From: an uncultured bacterium
GTDB lineage: Bacteria > Lernaellota > Lernaellaia > Lernaellales > Lernaellaceae
Assembly: GCA_964534375.1 (NCBI GenBank)
Contig: CAZHPN010000109.1
Location: 1 to 20,342, forward strand
Reading direction: 5' to 3'
DNA: 20,342 bases
Part shown: in pieces, positions 9,004 to 16,855 of the stretch
Layout: each line of letters starts with the position of its first letter
Numbering within the stretch: the first letter of the stretch is position 1
Notes under the pieces: generated by a model
Database searches by the model: none
What the model saw: only the letters and a program-made list of their open reading frames with translations
What the model was told of the DNA's origin: nothing
Translations under genes and position numbers: made by a program

Positions 9004-9441
9004 ATGGAACTTGTCAAGTTTTCGGTGCCGACGACCCAAAAAGAGCAATTCATCGATATCACGGCCCGCGTGCAGGAAGCGGCGGCGCGCGCCGGCCTGA
9101 AAAGCGGCGCGGTCGTCGTGTTCGCGCCGCACACCACCGCCGCGGTGACGATCAACGAAAACGCCGATCCGGATGTCGTACACGACGTGCTGTTCGCGCT
9201 CGACCACGCCTTCCCGGACCATCGGCAGTTCCGCCACAGCGAAGGCAATTCGACCGCGCACGTGAAATCGAGCGTCGTCGGCTGCAGCCTGACTGTCATC
9301 GTCGAGAACGGCCGGCTGGCGCTCGGCACATGGCAAGGCATTTATTTCTGCGAATTCGACGGCCCGCGCACGCGTTCGTGCTGGGTCAAGTGTCTCCGAG
9401 GATCGCCCGACGCGACCCTTTCCGACAATCCGCATAGGTAG
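9004..9441 (+). CDS. yjbQ: YjbQ / UPF0047 family protein
   Basis: Internal ATG 9004 of ORF 7150..9441; FIDIT, PHTTAAVTINENADPDV, HSEGNSTAHVKSS, LGTWQGIYFCEFDGPR. Confidence 0.93.
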   Translation: MELVKFSVPTTQKEQFIDITARVQEAAARAGLKSGAVVVFAPHTTAAVTINENADPDVVHDVLFALDHAFPDHRQFRHSEGNSTAHVKSSVVGCSLTVIVENGRLALGTWQGIYFCEFDGPRTRSCWVKCLRGSPDATLSDNPHR

Positions 9442-9524
9442 GCTCCGCGAGGGGCAGGTCGGGCGCCCGATCGGCGCGCGGTACGGGTCGGGTATGCACG
9501 CGTGAGTAGGCAGAATAGGTCCTA

Positions 9525-9607
9525 GGCGAATGGCGAATGGCGAATGGCGAATGGCGAATTGCCGGCGCCCTCTGTGCCAACGTATCGCGCGATATTCTCC
9601 ATTCGAA
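9525..9607. repeat. Heptamer tandem repeat (GGCGAAT)x5 with two degenerate inverted copies
   Basis: Five perfect GGCGAAT units at 9525-9559; ATTCTCC-ATTCGAA at 9594-9607 (reverse complement of the unit is ATTCGCC); lies between convergent genes. Confidence 0.85.
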
Positions 9608-9609
9608 AG

Positions 9610-10359
9610 TTAGGAATGCTGTTTCAGATTCTTGGAATTTGTCCGAAGTTCGTCGAGAGTAACCCACTCGCCCCGTTCATTTTCGTATTTCCAGGCTTTC
9701 CAACCGTTCAGCGAGCGCCGGCCGATGATTCGCGCGCCGGCGATCGAGGGCGACGTGTAAACCACGCCGCGGTGCAGGATTGTCCCGTCTCGCTGGACCA
9801 CGGCTTTATGAACCACGCCCATGTGTTTCAACCGGATTCGAAACGAGCGCGTCGTATAGCGAGCCAACTGCGGCGCGCGCGACGTTCGGGGCGGGACAAG
9901 CGGTTCATCGGCGGCCGGCTTCGGCGTCTTTTGCCGATACCCGAACAAAACCCGGCGGCGGTTTTTGTGAAATTCGGCCAAATCGCGCTGCATTTTTCGC
10001 TGGAGGTTTTCGGAACCGCGCAACCGCCCGCAGATTTTGTTTTCCACCGGCTTCGCGATCCCGATGACCAAGGTCTCAAGCTCTCTTATGTGCTCCTCAT
10101 CGCGCGTGAGGAAGACGCTGAATCGGTTCCAGGAATCGCGGGGGCGGTTTTTCAGATGAGCGTTCAGGCGCACGGGCAGATCGGCCGCCAGACCGACGTA
10201 CTTGAGCCGGTCGTCTTTATACAGCGCGTATAGCCCGCACCGGTCTTTGACGTAGTCGTTGAGAATTTTGCGGCACGCGTCGTCTTCCAACATCTCGCGG
10301 GATAGGCCCTCGATATGTCCTTTCACCAGGGAATCGCCCGCGCGAACCGACCCCGACAT
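9610..10359 (-). CDS. GIY-YIG-like nuclease fused to a C-terminal RAMA-like (restriction enzyme adenine methylase associated) domain
   Basis: True start ATG 10359 with AAGGAGG RBS; 249 aa. N-terminal GLYALY...YVG...RLNAH...ELE...P.EN fits the GIY-YIG motif order. C-terminal YTSPSIAG...SLNGWKAWKY...TLDELR fits the SPS..A...NGW..W pattern of RAMA/DUF4357-like domains. Confidence 0.8.
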   Translation of the reverse strand: MSGSVRAGDSLVKGHIEGLSREMLEDDACRKILNDYVKDRCGLYALYKDDRLKYVGLAADLPVRLNAHLKNRPRDSWNRFSVFLTRDEEHIRELETLVIGIAKPVENKICGRLRGSENLQRKMQRDLAEFHKNRRRVLFGYRQKTPKPAADEPLVPPRTSRAPQLARYTTRSFRIRLKHMGVVHKAVVQRDGTILHRGVVYTSPSIAGARIIGRRSLNGWKAWKYENERGEWVTLDELRTNSKNLKQHS

Positions 10360-10379
10360 GACGCCTCCTTTCGATTGCC

Positions 10380-13300
10380 TCAATCTTTTCGGATGCTCCA
10401 TCGTTGCGTCCGATCCGCTTCGATAAGCAGAAGAACGCCCAGCGATGCGAGCGTCTGCAAATGTTTCGCCACCGTCGCCCCGCGGGCGCCTTTGAACGCC
10501 GCAGCGACCTCGTCGGCCGCCCACGAGCCGGGCCGCGCCGCGAGCAAATCGCGAATCGCCCGCAACTGCTCGGTCGCGCCTTTCGGCCACGGCCGCGGGC
10601 CCGCCGGCGCGGCGGCCTTTTCCGGCGCGGCCAGGCCGTCGAACTCGGGCTCGGCGACGCCGGTCTTGCCGGTCGGGTTCTGGAAATCGGGCCGCAGCCA
10701 GCGGACGAGCCCGCGCTTTTCCTCGGCGGCGCGCTCATGGTTGAGCGCGACCAGGCGCGCAAGGATTTCCTGGTCCGGCAGATCGGCCGGCCAGCCGTAC
10801 GCCTCGGCCACGGCGGCGTCGAGTTCGTCGTGAAGCTGCTTGAGGACGCCAATGAGCGCCTTTTCGTGGAAGGCGCGTTCTTTTTCTGTAAGAGCGCCCT
10901 TCTGGGCGCGATTCCCGTCCGATCGCGCCTGGAAAGGCGCTCTTACAACTTCGCGCAGCCGTTCCAACGCGTTGTACATGCCCGTCAAAGTCACGTCCGG
11001 GTGCTCGGCCTGCACCCTTTTGCGGTGCGCGTCGAGCCGCTCGCCTAGGTCGCGAATGCGGGCTTTTAGTTCCGTTGGTGGATCGGGAAATGGGAACTTT
11101 CCGAAACAATCAGAGTGGTTGTAATTGGAATCGTTGCCGACCCCGAGCCACGCGCCCGTGGCCATCGCCCAAGCGATGTGGTGTCGGGATGACAATACGC
11201 CGAGGCAAAAAGCATCCTCTAGCGTGATTGCGATCAGCTTTGCGTCTGGAAGTACGTCACCATCTAGAAAAATGAACAACCGGTGTTTCGACGTTCGACA
11301 TGTCACGACGAATCTACGGAGCCCCTGTAGCGCTCTCCTCATGTTTGGCGCGTTTTCCCCGTAAAGCCACCAGTTCGATTTTCGTGTCGCTCGCCTGTTT
11401 GAATCGCGTTCCGGCTTCACTCTGTTCAATATCCAATGATAAAGCTTGGGATACCTTGCCCTTGCTTGATCTTCAGAATATCCAAAAAAGTCGATGATGT
11501 ATTTTTCTTCCATCCGCTGAACGACGTCTCGCCCGATTACGTAGGGCTTCACTGTTTCGGGGAGAGCTGTCACGTCTAAGCCTAATTTCTGAATATCCGA
11601 AACCTCAAGACGATAACCTAGCCCAACGGGATTCACGCCTTGATGAGACAGGAGTCTGTTGCTGACCAATTGGTCAGTTAGTGTGGCGTCGGCGCCATCC
11701 GAAATGTTGCCATGAATGATCGGGACGTTCGTATATTGAATTTCTACACGTCGCGCTTGCGGCTCTTTGAATTGCTCTTTTTCTTCAAGAATTACGTTGC
11801 CAAGAATCGCTGGCCCGATAAGTTCCGACGCTTTTGTCGCAACGGTCATGGCGATCCGCACGTCGGCGCCCGCGTCAACCCACGGGTGATCCGCAATCGC
11901 CCAGGCCACGGCCAAAGGACGGTCCTTGGCGTTCATGTGAAACTCAAGAACCTGCCGGTTGAACGTCTGGGTTATTGAATTTGTCGTGATGAAGCCAAAC
12001 CGCTTGAGTTTGCCGCCGCGAATGCGAGTCGCGGCTTTGTCCCACCAATACATTACCAAATCGGCGGTACTAGTCACTTCGGGATAAACGCCCCGCAACG
12101 CTTCAACGTATCCGTCGCCAAGCGCCGCTCGCATCCGTTTGTTGCCGATGAACGGCGGGTTGCTCACCACGTAATCCGCTTCGGGCCATTCGGCCGGTCG
12201 GGCGTTGACGTAATCGTAGATCGGCACGCGGGCGTCTTCGTCGGGCACTTGCTTGCCCGTGACCGGGTGCGTCTTGAATGTGCGTTGGTCCCAGGTCGTG
12301 AGCGACTTGCCGTCGTCGCCGAGGCGAGGGCAGATTTTGTCGTAGGCGAGCACGGCGTCGCGGCAGACGATATTGCGATATTCGCGCAGAACCGGTTCAA
12401 CCGGTTTCATGTCGCCGTGGACGCGGCGATACCATTGGAGGTAACCGATCCAGAGCACGAGGTCGGCGATCTCGCGGGCGCGCGGGTTGATTTCGATGCC
12501 GAGAAACTGGCCCGGGTTGACCATCACGCCGGCCATTTCGAAGGCGGCCTGCGTGACGCCGAGGTCCGCCAGTTCGCGGATCACTTCGGCCTCGATCTGC
12601 TTGAACAGGTCGAGGGTGACGAAAAGGAAATTGCCGGAACCGCAGGCGGGGTCGAGCACGCGGGTGTGCAGGAGCTTGTCGTGAAAGGCGCGAATCGCGT
12701 CGGCCGCCTTCTTGCGGTCGGCCGCCGTCGGCTCGGCGTCGCCCTTGTCCATGATCTGCCGCGCCTGCGCCTGCGCGATTTCCCACTCGGCGCGCAGCGG
12801 CTCGATGACCGCCGGCCGCACCAGACGCTCGATGTATTCGCGCGGCGTGAAGTGGGCGCCGAGCTTTTGGCGGTCGACGGGGTCGAGGGCGCGTTCCAAC
12901 AGCGTGCCGAAGATCGTCGGTTCGACATTCGACCAATCGCACTGGGCGGCGTCGAGCAGCAATTGCAGTTGCGGCGCCGTCATCGGCAGCGACTGGCAAC
13001 GGGCGAACAGGCCGCCGTTGAACCGCAACAGTTTGGGCTCGTAGCCGAACGGCAGGCCGTCGTTCATCGCGCGCCACAGTTGCTCGACCTGAAGCGGGAA
13101 CAGGCGCGGATTGGGCAGCCAGCGTTCCTCGATGGCCTGCGAGAAGAGTTTTTTCGGCAAGAGGCCGACGTCTTCGCAAAACATCGTGAACAGGCAGCGC
13201 ATCAAGAACTGCGCGACCAGTTCGGGGTCGTGGCCGGAGCGCTCCAAATCGCGCGCTAGTTCGGCCAGATGCCCGGCGACCTCGCGCGTCACGCGTTGGG

Positions 13301-13859
13301 CGTGGCGGGCCGGGTCCAGATCGAGCGGATCGGTGAAGACTTTGCCGAAGAATTCATAGACGGCGGGATCGGCCAGTTGGGCGAGTTCAATCGTGCGCCG
13401 GGCGCCGTAACCGCCGTAATCGCCGCCGAAGCCGGACCAAACCTCGAAGCAGGCGCCGATGTCGCATGTAATCAGAAACGGCGGACGCCCTTCGGGCAAG
13501 AGGTACGCGTACGTCTTGCCTTGGCCGTACGCCTTGAGCATGGCCGTTTTCCAGCCCTGCGTGCCGCGCCGGGCCGTGCCGAGGCCTTCGTCGCCGGCCT
13601 CGCTGCCCTGCTTGGCTTCGCAGACGAAACGGCCGCGACGGTAAAAGTCGATGAACAGGGTCGACGCGCGCCCCTCGGAATGGACCAGCGTGACCGGCTT
13701 CTCGAAGCAGTAATCGCCGCTCTTGTCTTTCGGATCGGGCCGCTCGACGCCCAGCACGTCGCAGAATTCGGCGAAGAACAGGTCCTTGTGGCGGCGTTCG
13801 TGCGCGCTCGACGCCGACCAGCGCCCGATGAATGCGGCGACCTTTTCCGCGACGTACAT
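10380..13859 (-). CDS. MmeI-like Type IIG/IIL restriction endonuclease-N6-adenine methyltransferase fusion
   Basis: N-terminal FIDFYRRGRFVCEAK (PD-(D/E)xK-type), helical spacer (FLMRCLFTMFCED, FNGGLF), IFGTLLE, GAHFTP, motif I VLDPACGSGNFL, motif IV NPPF (12150-12161), TRD ending in FPFP, C-terminal HDELDAAVAEAYGW; AAGGGG RBS. Confidence 0.92.
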   Translation of the reverse strand: MYVAEKVAAFIGRWSASSAHERRHKDLFFAEFCDVLGVERPDPKDKSGDYCFEKPVTLVHSEGRASTLFIDFYRRGRFVCEAKQGSEAGDEGLGTARRGTQGWKTAMLKAYGQGKTYAYLLPEGRPPFLITCDIGACFEVWSGFGGDYGGYGARRTIELAQLADPAVYEFFGKVFTDPLDLDPARHAQRVTREVAGHLAELARDLERSGHDPELVAQFLMRCLFTMFCEDVGLLPKKLFSQAIEERWLPNPRLFPLQVEQLWRAMNDGLPFGYEPKLLRFNGGLFARCQSLPMTAPQLQLLLDAAQCDWSNVEPTIFGTLLERALDPVDRQKLGAHFTPREYIERLVRPAVIEPLRAEWEIAQAQARQIMDKGDAEPTAADRKKAADAIRAFHDKLLHTRVLDPACGSGNFLFVTLDLFKQIEAEVIRELADLGVTQAAFEMAGVMVNPGQFLGIEINPRAREIADLVLWIGYLQWYRRVHGDMKPVEPVLREYRNIVCRDAVLAYDKICPRLGDDGKSLTTWDQRTFKTHPVTGKQVPDEDARVPIYDYVNARPAEWPEADYVVSNPPFIGNKRMRAALGDGYVEALRGVYPEVTSTADLVMYWWDKAATRIRGGKLKRFGFITTNSITQTFNRQVLEFHMNAKDRPLAVAWAIADHPWVDAGADVRIAMTVATKASELIGPAILGNVILEEKEQFKEPQARRVEIQYTNVPIIHGNISDGADATLTDQLVSNRLLSHQGVNPVGLGYRLEVSDIQKLGLDVTALPETVKPYVIGRDVVQRMEEKYIIDFFGYSEDQARARYPKLYHWILNRVKPERDSNRRATRKSNWWLYGENAPNMRRALQGLRRFVVTCRTSKHRLFIFLDGDVLPDAKLIAITLEDAFCLGVLSSRHHIAWAMATGAWLGVGNDSNYNHSDCFGKFPFPDPPTELKARIRDLGERLDAHRKRVQAEHPDVTLTGMYNALERLREVVRAPFQARSDGNRAQKGALTEKERAFHEKALIGVLKQLHDELDAAVAEAYGWPADLPDQEILARLVALNHERAAEEKRGLVRWLRPDFQNPTGKTGVAEPEFDGLAAPEKAAAPAGPRPWPKGATEQLRAIRDLLAARPGSWAADEVAAAFKGARGATVAKHLQTLASLGVLLLIEADRTQRWSIRKD
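10887..10947. repeat. REP-doublet (REPIN)-like inverted repeat embedded in frame in the RM gene
   Basis: 26-bp arms (10887-10912 / 10922-10947), 23/26 complementary. Each arm starts with (T)GTAA and contains its own small hairpin (GCGCCC-ttct-GGGCGC; GCGCCT-ggaa-AGGCGC). Confidence 0.8.
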
Positions 13860-13939
13860 ACGACCCCTTGGGCGTTCGACGGCCGCAATGCCGAGTCCGG
13901 CATCCGCGCGGCCAACGGCGCATTTGAATAGTCGTGATA

Positions 13940-13968
13940 TCCATACCGCGGTCGCGCCGGGTTGTCAA
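13940..13968 (-). promoter_or_regulatory. Putative sigma70 promoter for the RM gene (TTGACA-17 nt-TATGGA)
   Basis: Perfect -35 TTGACA at 13968-13963, 17-nt spacer, partial -10 at 13945-13940, ~80 nt upstream of ATG 13859. Confidence 0.4.
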
Positions 13969-13992
13969 AAGAATCGGCCGGCGCCGGGCGCT

Positions 13993-14196
13993 CAGAACTC
14001 CGTTTTCGGCACGTCGGGAAACGACGTGTTCGCCGTCGGCTGCGACAGCATCGTGCACTATGACGGCGACGCCTGGACCTGGAGTGCGATTCCGGTGAAT
14101 TACCCCGCGTGCCTGCACGGCGTTTGGGCCGACCCGGTCTCGAAGGAAGCCTTCGCGGTCGGCGATGCCGGGCTGATTTTGCATTACACGCCGTGA
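13993..14196 (+). pseudogene. Orphan C-terminal fragment of a beta-propeller-repeat secreted protein
   Basis: NSVFGTSGNDVFAVGCDSIVHYDGDAWTW...LHGVWADPVSKEAFAVGDAGLILHYTP* has two repeats of the same type as the gene at 1..423. No signal peptide or credible RBS-linked start; the upstream in-frame sequence is unrelated and runs into the divergent RM gene. Confidence 0.7.
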
Positions 14197-14211
14197 GCCG
14201 CGCCGCCGCTG

Positions 14212-14250
14212 GACAAGTCAGGCGAGTCAGACTGGTCAGATAAGTCAGAC
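14212..14250. repeat. Degenerate 9-mer tandem repeat (GACAAGTCA-like) x4.3
   Basis: gacaagtca ggcgagtca gactggtca gataagtca gac. Confidence 0.75.
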
Positions 14251-14310
14251 GCGACCATCGAGCTCGACAGTCGGCCAACGCCCACGTGGCAACGGCGAAC
14301 GATCGCGCGC

Positions 14311-14340
14311 TTGTCGCTGGCGCGGGCGTTATGTTACCTT
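14311..14340 (+). promoter_or_regulatory. Possible promoter for the GT2-asnB-GT2 operon (TTGTCG-18 nt-TACCTT with extended TG)
   Basis: TTGTCG 14311-14316; TGtTACCTT 14332-14340; ~70 nt upstream of ATG 14409. Confidence 0.3.
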
Positions 14341-14408
14341 GATTTCACCGTGTTGACGCGCGCCGATCGGCGGCGGCGCGATGGCGCTGAATTTATTGCG
14401 AGCGGCTA

Positions 14409-15146
14409 ATGAACCGAGCGGTTCCGGAACTGTCGATCATCGCCCCGTGCTTCAACGAAGAGAAAGCGCTGCCGATGCTGGCGGCGCGCGTGGCGGCGGC
14501 GCGCGCCGCGCTGGGCGGCGCGATCGAACTCGTGCTGGTCGACGACGGCAGCCGCGACGACACGTGGCTGGTCATTCAGCGGCTGCGCGAAACCCACGAT
14601 TTCATCACCCCGGCGCGGCACGTCGGCAACCGCGGCATCGTCGCCGCCTGGCGCACGGGCCTGGCGGCGTCGCGCGGGCGCTACGTGGCCACGATCGACG
14701 CCGACCTGCAATACCGCCCCGAGGATCTGCCCCGCCTGCGCGCCTCGCTCGACGGGGCCGGCGCCGATCTCGCGCAGGGCGCCCGCGTGCAGGAAGTCGG
14801 CCGTTCGCGCGTGCGGCGGCTGATGACCGCCGGCCTGTCGCACCTGCTCAACGTGCTGTTCGGCATGCAATTGCACGACAACAAAAGCGGGTTTCTGCTG
14901 GGCCGCCGCGAGGTCTTCGCCGACATTTTCGCCACGCGCTTCGCCTACCGCGGGTTCCAGCATTTCGTCGCGGTCGCGGCGCACGCCAAGGGCTACCGCA
15001 TCGTGCAGACGCCGATCGTTTTCGATCCGCGCGTGGCCGGCGAGTCGTTCATCTCGCGGCCGTGGCGGTTCGCCCTGCGCGTCGTCGCCGACCTGCCGTG
15101 GGCGATCTGGGAATACCGCGTCGCGCCGCGCCGGCGGATCGCCTGA
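14409..15146 (+). CDS. GT2 glycosyltransferase (DPM1/ArnC-like)
   Basis: LSIIAPCFNEE, VDDGSRDDT, NRGIVAA, IDADLQY, DNKSGF, FDPRVAGES; TGATG overlap with the next gene. Confidence 0.9.
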   Translation: MNRAVPELSIIAPCFNEEKALPMLAARVAAARAALGGAIELVLVDDGSRDDTWLVIQRLRETHDFITPARHVGNRGIVAAWRTGLAASRGRYVATIDADLQYRPEDLPRLRASLDGAGADLAQGARVQEVGRSRVRRLMTAGLSHLLNVLFGMQLHDNKSGFLLGRREVFADIFATRFAYRGFQHFVAVAAHAKGYRIVQTPIVFDPRVAGESFISRPWRFALRVVADLPWAIWEYRVAPRRRIA

Positions 15147-16855
15147 TGTGCGGCGTCGCGGCCATTTGGGGCAAGGGCGACATCAAGCCGATGACGCGCA
15201 TCCTGGAGCACCGGGGCCCGGACGAAGAAGGCTTTTACGAGAACGGCGCGATCAAACTCGGCAGCCGGCGCCTGAAGGTCATCGATCTGACCTGCGGCTG
15301 CCAGCCGATCACCAGCGCCGACGGCCGCACGACGATCGTCTACAACGGCGAGGCGTTCAACTACCGCGAGTTGCGGGCCGAGTTGGTGCGCGAGTTCGAG
15401 TTCCGCACCCGCTGCGACACCGAGGTCGTGCTCTACGCCTACATCAAATGGGGCCCCGATTTCCTGCGCCGCATCAACGGCCAGTTCGCGTTTGTCATTT
15501 ACGACGGCGAGAAATTTTTCGCGGCCCGCGACCGCCTGGGCGAGAAGCCGCTGTACTGGGCGCGGACCGCCGACGGCTTTTACGCGGCGAGCGAAATCAA
15601 AGCGCTGCTGACGCAGATCGCCAGCGCGCCGCGCCTCGAGGAAAGCTTCTGGGTGTACGACGCCGCGCTCGCGCCCGACACGCTGTTCGAGGGCATTTAC
15701 GAATTGCCGGCGGCCCATTCGCTGACCTACGACGGCCGCACGGTCAAGGTCGAGCGCTATTGGGAAGTGCCGCCGCCGGTCGAAGAGCCGCTGCGCCGCG
15801 ACGACGAGTACGTCGACGAATTGCTCGCGCTGATCGAAGATTCCGTGCGCCTGCGGATGACCGCCGACGTGCCGGTCGGCCTGTTTCTCTCCGGCGGCCT
15901 CGATTCGAGCGTCATGGCCGCGACGGCGCGGCCGTCGGACGTGTTCAGTTGCCGCTTTCCGCTCGGCAAGGATTTCGACGAATTCGCCTACGCCGAAATG
16001 ATGGCCCGCGCGGTCGGGGCGCGGCAGCACGTCGTTTCGCCGACGCCTGAGGATTTCGCGCGCGAGTTGGAGACGATCGTCTGGCGGCTCGATCAGCCGA
16101 TCGCCACGGCTTCGACCGTGGCCGAATTCGCGCTCGCGAAGAAGGCCAAGGAATCGGTGACGGTCGTCCTCGGCGGGCAGGGGGCCGACGAAATTTTCAG
16201 CGGCTACGTGCGCTATTTGCTGATGGACATCGAACGCGAACTCGGCGCGCGGCCCGAACTGGCGTCGTACCAGCCGCTGGCCCGGTTCTTCTGGCGTGGC
16301 GACATGTTCGGCGACCCGGCCGCGCGCTACTTCCACCTGATTCATCGCGCCCGGCCGCGCGACCCGGCGCCGTATCTCGAACGGCTGCGGACGTTTTTCC
16401 GCGACGGGCGCAACCTGGTCGACGCGCTCGGGCTCGCCGATTTGCAGATGTCGCTGCCCAGCCTGCTGACGATGAACGATCGCGCCGCCGCCGGGTACGG
16501 GTTGGAAAACCGCTGCCCGTTCCTCGACCATCGCATCGTCGAGTTCGCCTTCCGCCTGCCGCCGCACCTGAAGATTCGCAACATGACGCAGAAGGTGGTG
16601 CTGCGGCTGGCCGCGCGGCGTTTGATCCCCGCCGAGATCATCGATCGCCGGGACAAGAAGGGCCTGGTGACGCCGGTCCATCGCTGGCTCAACGGGCCGC
16701 TCAAATCGTGGGCGGCCGAGTTGGAGCGCTCGCTGATCGCGCGCGGTCTGCCCCTGCCGCCGCCGAACGAACGCGGCGAATTCGACCGCGGCCAGTACAC
16801 GAAAATCTGCCTCGAATTGTGGTTCCGCCGGTTCTTCCCCGCCTGGCATGCCTGA
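15146..16855 (+). CDS. asnB: Asparagine synthase (glutamine-hydrolysing) family amidotransferase
   Basis: True start ATG 15146 giving MCG (N-terminal nucleophile Cys); HRGPD, RRLKVID, YNGEAFNYRELR, CDTEV, ARDRLGEKPLYW, FLSGGLDSS, GQGADEIFSGY, LENRCPFLD; 569 aa. Confidence 0.94.
   Translation: MCGVAAIWGKGDIKPMTRILEHRGPDEEGFYENGAIKLGSRRLKVIDLTCGCQPITSADGRTTIVYNGEAFNYRELRAELVREFEFRTRCDTEVVLYAYIKWGPDFLRRINGQFAFVIYDGEKFFAARDRLGEKPLYWARTADGFYAASEIKALLTQIASAPRLEESFWVYDAALAPDTLFEGIYELPAAHSLTYDGRTVKVERYWEVPPPVEEPLRRDDEYVDELLALIEDSVRLRMTADVPVGLFLSGGLDSSVMAATARPSDVFSCRFPLGKDFDEFAYAEMMARAVGARQHVVSPTPEDFARELETIVWRLDQPIATASTVAEFALAKKAKESVTVVLGGQGADEIFSGYVRYLLMDIERELGARPELASYQPLARFFWRGDMFGDPAARYFHLIHRARPRDPAPYLERLRTFFRDGRNLVDALGLADLQMSLPSLLTMNDRAAAGYGLENRCPFLDHRIVEFAFRLPPHLKIRNMTQKVVLRLAARRLIPAEIIDRRDKKGLVTPVHRWLNGPLKSWAAELERSLIARGLPLPPPNERGEFDRGQYTKICLELWFRRFFPAWHA

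Noticed and set aside
9544..10233. 229-aa plus-strand ORF beginning MANGE
   Set aside because: Its start is created by the GGCGAAT repeat and it is antisense to the GIY-YIG gene
9442..14300. Autonomous mobile element (IS, prophage, integron) carrying the RM genes
   Set aside because: No transposase, integrase or tRNA, and I found no matching terminal repeats or target duplication by eye
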